63,494 nt of DNA, filler included, from Diploschistes diacapsis (GCA_023645945.1; 27 parts of 27 records of this genome joined end to end with filler, not necessarily neighbours in it); one strand, 5' to 3'. Shown: positions 1-11,355, numbered from the whole stretch's first letter. Notes: generated from the sequence alone by a model not told the origin. Translations and numbers: made by a program.

Positions 1-54
1 TACATTCGATTTTTCTCAACAATAACTACCTCGCATCGCAATAATTCGATTCTA

Positions 55-332
55 ATAGAATTTAATATCAACGACTGTTTACAGGCCTTAAAATCACAAC
101 AATATACCAACATTCGAGACGCTGCTCGCGCATTTAAAGTATCTCGATCGACCATTATAGATCGACTCAATAAAACTCAATTATACTTTAATAACCACGA
201 AACGACTTAAATCCTCTTAAATTCAGAAAAAAAGATATTAATACGATAAATTACACGTCTTATATAAATTAATTTTCCTGCATCGCCTGCGTTGATGATG
301 GATATAATCAAAAAGATTCGACGCGAACATAT
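55..332 (+). pseudogene. RIP-degraded Fot1/pogo-type transposase, N-terminal HTH/CENP-B region
   Basis: Translates as ...LQALKSQQYTNIRDAARAFKVSRSTIIDRL...EKKILIR*ITRLI*INFPASPALMMDI, which resembles fungal pogo/Fot1 transposase N-termini and has RIP-type stops. Confidence 0.8.
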
Positions 333-1011
333 TTAATTATAATAAAAAATAAATAAAAGAACCAATATTATCGGAACGAAAGAACCAAAGAACAAAAAAG
401 AGAAAAAAGAAAAAAAATAACAAAAGACTAAGACGGATATTTAAAATAAAATAGAAAGTTCGATGCATTATCGAAACCCTAGGCTTTATAATAAAAGGAG
501 TAAGAGAAAGTATGGTATTATGATTCTAAAAAGGAATCAAAGGAATATAAAAAAGAAACTATAGAATAAAATAAGAAGTTAAATAAGAAATATTATTCTT
601 TTTTTTTTAGAATTATTTATAAATCAACCCGGAAAATTTTTTACGAATTATCGCGTCTTTCTTTCTTTCGTAGTTAGCTTATAACTCCCTTCACGCACTA
701 GCATTATCAAGGACCCTTAAGAGCCACTACTCGATCACGACTAATATAAAAACGATATATCGTGATCCTAAATCTGAAATCCCATTAAAGATAGGTAGTT
801 AACCGGATATTATACCTTTAAAAGGAAACGAGCAATCAGGAACATCTATTTAAAAAGAACCGTTATTATCGAATAGACCGCCTACGGATATAAGATCAGA
901 ATTACCTCCAATATATGCGGTCTAGAATGTTTTGATACCGACAATAAGTATAAGTATTTTTTTTATTAGTATCCCGTTCCTGTGTTAGGCATAACGAGAA
1001 CTCCTTTCTTC

Positions 1012-1111
1012 NNNNNNNNNNNNNNNNNNNNNNNNNNNNNNNNNNNNNNNNNNNNTTAATTAATTAANNNNNNNNNNNNNNNNNNNNNNNNNNNNNNNNN
1101 NNNNNNNNNNN
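1012..1111. other. Artificial contig-joining spacer (N44-TTAATTAATTAA-N44); first of 26 identical copies
   Basis: Identical 100-bp spacers with six-frame stops start at about 1012, 2123, 3234, 4345, 5456, 6566, 7676, 8785, 26741, 27850, 28959, 30068, 31176, 32284, 33391, 34498, 35605, 36711, 37817, 55762, 56868, 57973, 59078, 60183, 61287 and 62391. Confidence 0.99.
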
Positions 1112-1320
1112 CTTCTACTTCATATGATTAATCCGAACCACATAATGATGGCCGACGGTTAATAAAATTGAAAAAAAACTTTCAGATTTCGATATTCTAT
1201 ATTTAAAATATCTTATATTTTCTTTCTATTTATCGGAATAAAAGGTTATGCAAGACAAGATTATAAAAAGATCGTTAACAAGATTACGACGCTTACGACG
1301 CTGTTACATTACTCGAAGTA

Positions 1321-2122
1321 ACGTATATGCATAGCGAGCGGACACTCATAGCGAGCGGACACCCTTCTCGATTCGTACGAGTTGCAATTACATTTACGCA
1401 ATCAATTCGTACGATAATTCATTTTATTAACTATCAGTATCTTTCTTAAAAGCTATATATTTTATTTCGTAAGTTCGCGTATTATACCCGGATTAATTAT
1501 ACTTACCATAACGTCGTACGCGCAATCCGATCTCCTTCGTACGACCTTTATTTTCAGACATATTAGTTTTTTTTATACGAATTTCGACCTTTAAAGACTG
1601 TAATGCGATTATTTCTGATAAGTTACGTTAAATGATTTTTTAGCTCGTACGCACGTTTTTTTTAGTTTTTTTTCGTTTATTAAGTGTTTTATTTGCCGTA
1701 CGAAGTATCTTGATCTCGATTTTAAGAATTATTATTTTGTACGTTAATTTGGAAATGTTTTTGTTTTATATGTTAATTGACTCGTATAAATGGGTATTAG
1801 AATTACTTTAATATTTAATACTTCTAGATTTTAGATTTATAAAGTCTCGTAAAGCATTTTTCGCCGTAAAAAACGTATTTAAATTAATATATACGGAGCT
1901 TGTCGGACGAAAGTTCGAAAATATAGGCGTACGAGATTTAAAATCTAGATTATTAATTATTTTTTTATATCGTACGGAATAAGTTTAGTAATTTTAAAGC
2001 CTGTTCGTACGTTTTTTGGGTTTATATTTGTATAAAAAGCCTGTTTAAAAATAAGAAAGAAATCGTTTTTAATAATATACGTAATCTGAGTACGTATTAT
2101 TTACTCGATTTCTTTATCTTAC
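1321..2122. mobile_element. End of a second Fot1/pogo-like DNA transposon (TIR plus RIP-degraded interior)
   Basis: TA followed by ACGTATATGCATAGCGAGCGGACACTCATAGCGAGCGGACACC. The ACGT terminus and the internal direct repeat CATAGCGAGCGGACAC x2 match the Tan1/Vader-type TIR layout. Confidence 0.65.
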
Positions 2123-2222
2123 NNNNNNNNNNNNNNNNNNNNNNNNNNNNNNNNNNNNNNNNNNNNTTAATTAATTAANNNNNNNNNNNNNNNNNNNNNN
2201 NNNNNNNNNNNNNNNNNNNNNN

Positions 2223-2500
2223 TGAAAAATATTGGCTATCCTGACCTTATAAGATCATCTTTATATATTATTAATTTACTCGGTAATAATATTGGTTTTT
2301 TGGATTTAATAAAGCATATAAAGATCAATAATCGTTTAAAACATATCGATATTATTTATTATCACGTACGAGATCTGGTTAAGCAAGGACGTATTAAGGT
2401 ATCTTATGTTTTTATCGATAAAATGGTTGCTGATAAGCTTACGAAATTACTAAACTACTTAAAGCACGACGCCTTTATTAAAGGACTCAGTTTAGTCTAA
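2223..2500 (+). pseudogene. Ty1/copia RNase H C-terminus, RIP-mutated
   Basis: KHIDIIYYHVRDLV...KMVADKLTKLL resembles the copia KHIDxRYH...ADxLTK motif and is followed by a purine tract and an LTR. Confidence 0.88.
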
Positions 2501-2554
2501 AAGATATTTAATTAAATTATATAGTTATGCCGGACGATTCCGCCTATGAAGAAA

Positions 2555-2769
2555 TGTTGAACAAACAAATAAAAAACATAGCTGAAAATTTAACTAAATT
2601 CTAAAGAGAAGTTCAGTTTAGTTGAACTTCCTGGAATCCCAACTAAACCGGTTTAGGAATAGTGTAAGTAATAGGGCTTAACGTATCCCATAAGGATAAA
2701 AGTCTGCAAAGTAGGATAACCTCCTAGATAGACCTCTAGACTTCAATATATCCATTACGTTGCTAAACA
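2555..2769 (+). mobile_element. Copia 3' LTR (family L1)
   Basis: TGTTG...AAACA boundaries directly after RNase H and a purine tract; similar to 31583-31804 and 61976-62197. Confidence 0.75.
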
Positions 2770-3333
2770 TTTTTTATCTTCAACCGTTGTGCATAAGAAA
2801 TTGAAATGGCGTTCATAATAATACCTAGATCGATTAGTATTCGTACGGCATATCGTCCTAATTTAATCTCGACGTCGGTCTAAATCCGTTTCGTTTAAGT
2901 TCGCGTGCCAGCGTTTATGTTTATAATATATAATTTTTTAGTTTAATTTATAATTAAAAAGTTTTAACTTTTTTTATAATTTGTTTTTATGTTAGGTATA
3001 TTCCGTTATAGTGGTATTTATATTTTTTATTTTTATAATAGAAATCGTTCTATTCTTCGTGTTTAGAATATATAGGATCTAACTCGTCGATTCTTATATT
3101 TTTCGCGATTTTTAACCGAAGTTTATAATCGTGGTATATTAGAATCATATAATTCTTATTTCGGCAGTTCTTTGGTTCGTAGAATTCCGCGTAATCTAAA
3201 TGTTCGTATTTTTTTATACGATAAGTATTATATNNNNNNNNNNNNNNNNNNNNNNNNNNNNNNNNNNNNNNNNNNNNTTAATTAATTAANNNNNNNNNNN
3301 NNNNNNNNNNNNNNNNNNNNNNNNNNNNNNNNN

Positions 3334-3720
3334 TATATTTCTTAAATGGTCGTGTTTTTTTTGAGTTTATAATTGGCGAATTCAAGGTTCAGTTGCTAAC
3401 GTTCATGTTCAGTTATCGCCTGGTATTTTGCCTTTAGAGAATCCCATCTGGCTTTCGTAGTAGGTAAACCACGAAGACGTTCTTGGTCAATCTCTCCCGT
3501 ATAGATCATAATCTGGTAGTTTGTTTTAGATTGATCTTTCTTTTATTGTTTAGGTGTTTTGTTCAAAACTGAACCTGAACCGGTAGGGGTAGATGATGTT
3601 GAGTTATCTAAGATGTCTATAATAGGCGATATTGATGGTTAATTATTAAGGACGTAATCTATTTTTTTATTTTTAAGATATATGCGTATGAGCTCGAATT
3701 ATTATTGTTGGTTTTTTTTT
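3334..3720 (-). pseudogene. Copia-type gag fragment
   Basis: Minus strand reads EIDQERLRGLPTTKARWDSLKAKYQAITEHER*QLNLEFANYKL, resembling a copia gag. A second copy lies at 33491-34106. Confidence 0.6.
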
Positions 3721-4038
3721 TTAAGATAGGGGTAACCCGTTTTTTATATAAGATATCGTTTATTTTATTATTATTTTAGTAAAATAAAAAAGATTTATTG
3801 AATGAATGACTTATAATTAATAAGTGATTAATAAATGGTATAAAGGGTGATTTTCTATAATAGAAATAAAGATGATCGAAAAGGATTTAATAAGGTTTAA
3901 TTGAATTTTGATTATTGACGAGAAGAAGGAAAAGAGGTTTTTTCTTGGCTTATATAGATGAAGGTTTGGATTTAAGTACTTCTTATTTAGGCTTATTTTT
4001 GGTTAGCGTAATAAGGTCCCGCGATCTTTTATATTATA

Positions 4039-4344
4039 GGCTGGCCGTTTCGTGCCACGGACACTTCCACGGACACTACCGAGAAAATTTTTAAAACACG
4101 ACACTGCCACGGACACTACGGCTAAAATTTTAAAACACGGATACTTCCACGGATACTGCACTGCAGTAACAGCACGGACACGGACATTACGATTAAAAAC
4201 TTTAAAACACGGATACTTCCACGGACACTCTACTGCAGTAAAAGCACGGACACGGATACTACGGCTAAAAATTTTAAAACACGGACACTTCCACGGGACA
4301 TTACCGTTAAAATTTTTAAAACACGATATTGCCACGAATACTAT
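4039..4344 (+). mobile_element. Left part of non-autonomous TIR element family A (ACACGGACAC-repeat element)
   Basis: Starts TA-GGCTGGCCGTTTCGTGCCACGGACAC, near-identical to 29399 and 57078, with internal tandem repeats. Confidence 0.85.
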
Positions 4345-4444
4345 NNNNNNNNNNNNNNNNNNNNNNNNNNNNNNNNNNNNNNNNNNNNTTAATTAATTAA
4401 NNNNNNNNNNNNNNNNNNNNNNNNNNNNNNNNNNNNNNNNNNNN

Positions 4445-4640
4445 AACGATTTATAACGCGTAAAAAACGTCGTCGCGTTTTTAAAATCGAGAAGGATGAA
4501 GAGGAGGAAAATAGATTCGATTTAGATCGATTAGATTCTAATTACGACGAAATGGTTATATCTAAAAACCGTAGAATGTTAGCGATCGTGATTTAAGGTG
4601 GCCGGAATCTGGGGGTGGCCGGAATCCCCGTGAAACACGT
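4445..4640. mobile_element. Fot1/pogo-like family B terminus (inverted copy)
   Basis: Ends GGTGGCCGGAATCTGGGGGTGGCCGGAATCCCCGTGAAACACGT-TA, the reverse complement of the 5011 copy. Confidence 0.85.
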
Positions 4641-5010
4641 TATAATAAATACTTATTCGGAAGTTAAAACCTTCCTTCTTATATTATCTAAAAGCATAAA
4701 CCCCGTTTAACGCAATTATGCCATTTATAATAAAAAATACTCGCTATCGTACGATACTTCGAGAAATAAAAACCCGAATTATTAACTTTCTTAATTAACC
4801 GGCTTACTTTAATATTAATTGATCATAAAATCCTCGAGTACTTCATTACGAATAAATAATTAAACCGTAAATAAGCCCGGTGAACAGAATTCCTATCATA
4901 ATTCAATTTTAAGATCTAATACTGCCTCGAGATAAAGAACGTGAAAACCGACCTTCTTACGAAAAAACTAAACACGAACGAAACCTCGAGGGCTAAAAAA
5001 GATTCCTATA

Positions 5011-5455
5011 ACGTGTTTCACGGGGATTCCGACCACCCCCAGATTCCGGCCACCTCAAATCACTACCGCCAACATTCTACGGTTTTTAAATACAACCTAT
5101 TCGTCGCAATCAGAATCTAATCGATCTAAATCGAATCTATTTTCCTCCTCTTCATCCTTCTCGATTTTAAAAACGCGACGACGTTTTTTACGCGTTATAA
5201 ATCGTTTCGAAATTATCCGATTCGATTTAATCCGAACTATTATCTCAAGAATTTCGTTTATATTAAACATAAAACGATCTTTTAATTCGATTCGTTTATT
5301 TAATTTACGTTTCTTACGATTATTAAAAAATATTTTTTATTTTCTGTTTTTTTTACGAAGCGTTATAAGCTTAATATACGTTAATTTAAACATACGAGTT
5401 ACTCGATTCGAATAACGTCGAATCGGATTAATTAATTCTAAAACGACTCGTAACG
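5011..5455. mobile_element. Fot1/pogo-like family B terminus with RIP-degraded transposase 3' region on the minus strand
   Basis: TA-ACGTGTTT terminus with an internal CCGGCCACC direct repeat; shared with 34107, 35102, 58329 and 62556-63056. Confidence 0.85.
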
Positions 5456-5555
5456 NNNNNNNNNNNNNNNNNNNNNNNNNNNNNNNNNNNNNNNNNNNNT
5501 TAATTAATTAANNNNNNNNNNNNNNNNNNNNNNNNNNNNNNNNNNNNNNNNNNNN

Positions 5556-5900
5556 GGCCTAACCCAACCATTCCTTATATATAGTCCAATCGTGATAACA
5601 TTGGTCACGTGATAAGTAGAAAGCCTTAAAAGCAATTTTACTTTCTATAAATAGAACGAAAGAACGGTAATTTTATTTATTTATTAATTTATTTTATTAG
5701 AGAGTAATTAACTATATAAAAACGTTATTATAGCTTTTATAAATCGAGGCGTGTTTATTTTTATAAATATTTTTAGCGATTATTCGAGATTAATTTATAT
5801 TCGATCTATTTCTTTTTCTTTTTATATTTTTTTTTAATAGAAATTAAATTTATTTCAATTAATATCTCGCGTCTATATTATAGAAATAAAGATTATAATA
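5556..5900 (-). mobile_element. LTR family L4 (partial, probably a 3' LTR)
   Basis: Near-identical to 7384-7675; contains TCACGTGA. The terminus is a RIP-mutated TGTTATGATC with a purine tract just outside it on the minus strand. Confidence 0.7.
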
Positions 5901-6127
5901 CTTGAACATCCTTAAGAATAAATATATTAAAAAACACGACCGGGCGATCGTTAAAGACTAAATCCGTATTATTTTAAGTAACATTCGAGTCCGATATAAT
6001 TATAACGGATATCGCGGAAGCTAAAGGAAACGACCCCGGAAGTAACGATAAAGCCGGTAAAGGCGTTCTTAAAATAAAAATTTAGAAATTAGATAAGTAT
6101 AGCGAAAATCGTAAGAAGCTCACTCGA

Positions 6128-6565
6128 TGTTATGATCCAGGTAGTAGACCTGTCACGTCCCAGCCACTCACTTAGGAACTCACTAACGTATGTGTCGCGT
6201 GAGCTGTTAGAGCAAGAAGCGCCGCTCCGTGGGTTCCAAGGGAGCAATAGGTAGCGCTCCTTTTACTTCATAAGAACCACCGTCGTCGCTTTTTTTGCTT
6301 CGGAAAAGTAATAAGAATTAATATTAATATTCTTTCGAGAGTTTCGATATATAAATTTTTAATTAAAACTATTTATATTTTACGTATTTATTTTTATAGA
6401 TATCTTTAGCCATTATTCGGGATTAATTTATATTCGTTATTTTTATTATTAAAAAACATTTTTTTTAAAGATAATTTAATATTTATAACTATTTTATCTT
6501 TTTTTCTTATTATATTCCTCTTTTAATAGAGATTAAATTTATTTTGATTTTACTCGTATATATCT
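6128..6565 (-). mobile_element. LTR family L4, diverged subfamily
   Basis: TGTTATGATCCAGG terminus and the shared ATTCGGGATTAATTTATATTCGTTAT block. Confidence 0.6.
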
Positions 6566-6665
6566 NNNNNNNNNNNNNNNNNNNNNNNNNNNNNNNNNNN
6601 NNNNNNNNNTTAATTAATTAANNNNNNNNNNNNNNNNNNNNNNNNNNNNNNNNNNNNNNNNNNNN

Positions 6666-7093
6666 CAAGTAGAGTTAAGGTGGGTTTGGTCTCTATTAGA
6701 AGAGGAGTGCAAATAAGAGAAAAAGGTAGAACAGTTACAGGTTTTAAACTATTTTTAGAAAGAAAACTCTTTAAAAATAAAAATAACGAATATAAATTAA
6801 TCCCGAATAATAATTAAAGATATTTATAAAAATAAACACGTTCTTTTTTACGAAGATAAAGTCGTGCTTATATATAATTAACTCGCTCGCCGTTTATTAT
6901 AAATTTAACGAACGATATTCTCGAAGCTCGCCGTTCACGAGAATAAGCGCGATTATCGAGCGGTGGTGAAAATCTATTCGCCGCTTACGAGAGTGAACGT
7001 AAGCAGTGAGCACATCACGTGACCCCTGGTCCCGTGACTGATCTATATACAACAAAGCTGGGACGTGCCAAGTCTGGTACTTGGATCGTAACA
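6666..7093 (+). mobile_element. LTR family L4
   Basis: Ends CTTGGATCGTAACA; 3' part near-identical to 55862-56086; contains TCACGTGA and a TATA box. Confidence 0.75.
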
Positions 7094-7328
7094 CTTATTC
7101 AATACTTCGTTATTTAATAATTATATATTTTAAATCTTCTTGATTTCTTTATATCTATTATTAAGGCAGTATTCGACTTATAATAACAGTTTAACCTAAT
7201 TATCCATATTCTGGTTAACGTAATGCCGTAAATACTATTCGAGAGTTTAATTCATTCTTTTTATCTAACCGTCTGTCTGTAGGTGGTAAACGCTTGAATA
7301 CTTCAGCTTCGTGCCGAACGCTTCCATC

Positions 7329-7675
7329 TGTTACGATCCAAGTGACTAGGTGGTAGCCACTTGGCACTTCACAGCTGATCGGGCCTAACCCAACCACTCC
7401 TTATATATAGTCCAATCATGGTGACACTGGTCACGTGATGAGTAGAAAGCCTTAGAGGCAATTTTACCCTCTATAAATAGAACGGGAAAACGGTAATTCT
7501 ACCCATCTATTAATCTACTTCACTAGAAAGCAGTTAGCTATATAAGAACGTCGTTATAACTCTTATAAATCTTGGTATGTTTACTTTTATAAACATCTTT
7601 AGCGATTATTCGGGATCAATCTATATTCGTTATTTTTATCATTAATAACAATCTTTTTAAAGATCAGAATAGACC
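7329..7675 (-). mobile_element. LTR family L4
   Basis: Starts TGTTACGATCCAAG on the plus strand, the reverse complement of the 7093 end; contains TCACGTGA. Confidence 0.75.
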
Positions 7676-8009
7676 NNNNNNNNNNNNNNNNNNNNNNNNN
7701 NNNNNNNNNNNNNNNNNNNTTAATTAATTAANNNNNNNNNNNNNNNNNNNNNNNNNNNNNNNNNNNNNNNNNNNNTTAAAATAAGACGATATCGACCATC
7801 ACGATAATTACGTTCCTTTATAAAATCTAAAAGCATCTTTAACTAAAAACGCCGCTAAAAAGGGTTTAAGAACAAAAAAATAATTATTATAAAAAAAAAA
7901 CGAGTATCCTTTTAAAGAAATATAATAAAAGGATGGGGATCGAGATGCAATATAACTAAAAAGAAGTATCGCGCTTATAAGAGACATAAATATCTGGAGA
8001 AGGGGGTAG

Positions 8010-8340
8010 TGAGATAGATCAGCCAAGGCGCCTGTTAAGCCACTAGGGTTACATGACGGCAGGGTCACATGACGGCAGGGTCATATAACGGTAGGGTCAT
8101 ATGACGAGTACTAACCGTGCCAAGGGTGTTAAGGGATGGCTATGTAGGCGGGTAGACCCCGAACCCTGTAGGGCTGGCACTTATACACTATTTATTCCTG
8201 CCATCCTCCCATCTAGATAGTTTCTTCTTTAGTTTTTCGAATCGAGACCTTTTACCTGCAGATGCCTAGCTACACGTAATCCCTCCGGATCAGGCTCAGC
8301 CCCCGGTAGTGTAGTATCCCATTCCTGCGCTGGCGTTTCA
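8010..8340 (+). mobile_element. LTR family L2 (probably a gypsy-type 3' LTR) with a 16-bp internal tandem repeat
   Basis: PPT GGAGAAGGGGGTAG, then TGAGA...TTTCA, with about 4 copies of CATGACGGCAGGGTCA. Homologous to 36811-36978, 59586-59903 and 60719-61038. Confidence 0.85.
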
Positions 8341-8364
8341 GCAGTTTAGGTTCAGCAAGTTCAG

Positions 8365-8784
8365 CTAAATTAACCCTAAATCAAGAAATATACGTCGAGA
8401 AGATGTTTTAGCGTTTTAAGATGATAACGGATATATATAAGGGCCAGAAGATACCGTTTAATAAATACGACGGTATTGAATTAAATAAAGAATTTTTCGA
8501 AATAATTAATAAAATATAGTATTAAAAAATTATTAATAATATTATATATTTAACGGTTTATACGAGACCAGACATTGTATTTATTATTAAAAAATTAAGT
8601 TAATATATGATTAACCTATACATCCATTATTTATATACTCTAAAGGGACTACTCCGCTACATTCGAAAGATAAAGGATATTGAGGTTCAGTTTAGTATTA
8701 AATCTGAATTTTCGAAATTACGGGGATATTCCGATATAGATTATAAGGAAAATAAGTTAGATCGAAAGTTTACGTATGGATATA
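8365..8784 (+). pseudogene. Copia RT C-terminus and RNase H start, RIP-mutated
   Basis: TRPDI...LLRYI...LRGYSDIDY...DRKFTYGY matches the copia TRPDI and GYSDAD...RKST.GY motifs. Confidence 0.85.
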
Positions 8785-8884
8785 NNNNNNNNNNNNNNNN
8801 NNNNNNNNNNNNNNNNNNNNNNNNNNNNTTAATTAATTAANNNNNNNNNNNNNNNNNNNNNNNNNNNNNNNNNNNNNNNNNNNN

Positions 8885-9502
8885 ATTAACACGGACACTA
8901 TAATTAAAAAATTTAAAACACGGATATTAATACGGACATTATATTTCCGTAAATTCACTAACACGGATAGTACACTGCAATAAAAGCACGGAAATACTTT
9001 TTTTTTTTTTAATATTTTTAAAATTATCACGTTTATTTTTCACGCTTTTATTTTTTAAAAATTATTTTTAAAAACACGGACACGGATACGAACACCGCTA
9101 TTAAAAATTTTAAAACACTGATACTGACACGGACACTACATTTCCGTGAATCCACGAACACGGACACCGTAATTAAAAAATTTAAAACACGGATATTAAT
9201 ACGGATACTGCATTTCCGTGAATTCACGAACACGGACACCGTAGTAAAAAAAATCTAAAACACGGACACTGACACTGTCAGTGTCAGTGACGGCCAGCCT
9301 AACGGACACTACGGCTAAAAATTTCAAAACACGGATACTACCACGGCCGTGTCAGTGTCCGTGACGGCCAGCCTACATGATATTATTATAGTGAAAGCAC
9401 GGACACGGACACCGTAGCTAAAAAATCTAAAACACTAATACTAACACTGCGGTGTCCGTGTCACGGACACCGGCAGTGTCAGTGTCAGTAACGGCCAGCC
9501 TA
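8885..9502 (+). mobile_element. Family A element interior plus three stacked right termini
   Basis: ACACGGACAC repeats; ACGGCCAGCC-TA ends at about 9301, 9375 and 9502. Confidence 0.85.
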
Positions 9503-9504
9503 TC

Positions 9505-9637
9505 TGAAAGGTTTTCTTAAATTAAATTAAAATGAACCTCGATAAGTTTAGCTGAACTGAACTTCCCGGTTTCTTTCAGTGAACCTCTTACAACCAAGCC
9601 GAGCTCATAGCCATGCCTTCCGTCTGCCTGCTCAACA
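9505..9637 (-). mobile_element. Partial L1-related LTR
   Basis: Minus strand starts TGTTGAGCAGGCAG and carries the GTTCAGTTCAGCT-type motifs of L1 LTRs. Confidence 0.55.
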
Positions 9638-11355
9638 GAAAAATAATTTAAAAAAAAGAAATACTGAAATAACAAATAAATATAGTTAAGGAAATGAGAT
9701 ACTTACAAATATATAATGATTTTATATAAAATTGAAGTATTTACCTGCTTTGGTACGCTAGTGTAAGAATCAAAAGATTTCGGTTAGAATAACTGCTCTG
9801 TAAGCCAGGAGAGGCTGCGAGCACGTGACATAGAATATCCGTTCAAATCTTTAAGGCTTCAGGCAGGCAAAGTCCCAGAATCGATTCTCTGGCGCTTTGT
9901 ATACGATCAGCAGGCATGGCAAAACACTCTTAGTCTTTTATCCCTGATCGATATCAACAAAAAACACGATGCGGCCAATATCTGACTTAGAAAATATTCT
10001 CTCATTATTACGAACCACAATCTGGCCTACAGCCCAGCTTGTGGAAGCCATGATCCAGATGCTGTGTACATGACTCAGGTTCAGATGCCAGAACTGTGCC
10101 ACATATCACAGGGCGCAACGATTCGACTTCATCCGTCATGATCCACTTGGTGGCACGTCCATCAACGAACCTGACCGCCCAGGCCACTTTCCAACATAAG
10201 AGCAGTTCGCAAAACCATACCGTGGTTCGCCTGAAGATTTTGCCCAGAAAGCTTGGGGCGTGAGCGGGAAGAAGGGACATGGTATTCCTTGGATGTCTGT
10301 CAGCATTTCTTAGACAACGGGCCGTTATCGAATCAAGATTGGAAGTAGGAGAGTTCTAGATGTAAGCCGACTTAATCCCGCTTGCTGCCTGGCAGTGTCT
10401 GCAGTGTCTGCAGACCGTGCCGTCATCTGCCGTTCTGCAGGATCTGAAAACAGCGTTATTCGACGGATGCTTATCGATAAAAGTCTTTCTCTCCTTCAAC
10501 AAGGTTGAGGGTGAACGTAAAGCCTCATCGGGACATGCCTGATTCGTGTTGGGATCAGCCGGATTACTGCGACGTAGGGTTGCGTCGTCAAGGGGCCGGT
10601 CCGTGGCGGTCAGCGCTTTCCTCCCCCAGACACAAGGCCTTGTGTATGGATACAACTGTGCGATGTGAAACGGAGGGGCGATGATGGAGAGCGTAAGCGT
10701 AGCTTATGTCGAGCTAGGTAGATTTTGGACGGGGCAAGCGATATAGATCTAAAAGAGGAACTATCTGTGCAGATCACCGCTATCAAAAGCTTGATCCCGA
10801 CAGTAGCCTCTAGACGCGTTTGTAAAATCGAAATTAAGGATGGTAAGTTGATGTTGGTCGTTGCACTCCTGTACGCGATAACCAGCGAATCTAGAGCGAG
10901 TTACCGAGGTCCGCTCGCTGTAGCCTTTGGCGTTATCAGGGTCAAGAGATAAGGAGTGAGGGATTCGCCTTGCCCAAGTTCAGTGAAAGTAAAGCTGCCA
11001 GCAGGTGCCGCCGGAAGTAAGGGGCAGACTCGGAAGGATCGAAGCATCCGACAGCCCCAGTCCAATCAATCAATATCGTGGAGCAAGTGGTCATTTTTGC
11101 AATAACGCCATACAACATGTCAGAAGATGAAGCTTGTGCAGGTAATCATTCATGACGTGTATTTGCAGGCCGCTTTCTAGTCGTCGAGATTTCAACTGCT
11201 GTAGACCTTCCCCCCCATAAGGACAAAGCACTAGTAAAAAAAAAAGGTGGTCCCCATGTGGACACGACCACCGAACAGAAGCAGAAACCTCTCGCTGTTG
11301 TCGGACAATGCCCGAAGCCTGTATTGCTGCTCCTTTGACATCTAGCTCGAACCAT

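Noticed and set aside
1056..1067. Recurrent TTAATTAATTAA motif as a biological repeat
   Set aside because: Always centred in 88 Ns; it is an artificial six-frame-stop linker.
4003..4396. Repetitive ORFs such as MPRTLPRTLP (also 29412, 9048, 57593)
   Set aside because: Translations of the non-coding tandem repeats of family A.
5605..5900. CDEI followed by an AT-rich tract as a point centromere
   Set aside because: No CDEIII, the motif lies inside a multi-copy LTR, and filamentous ascomycetes have regional centromeres.
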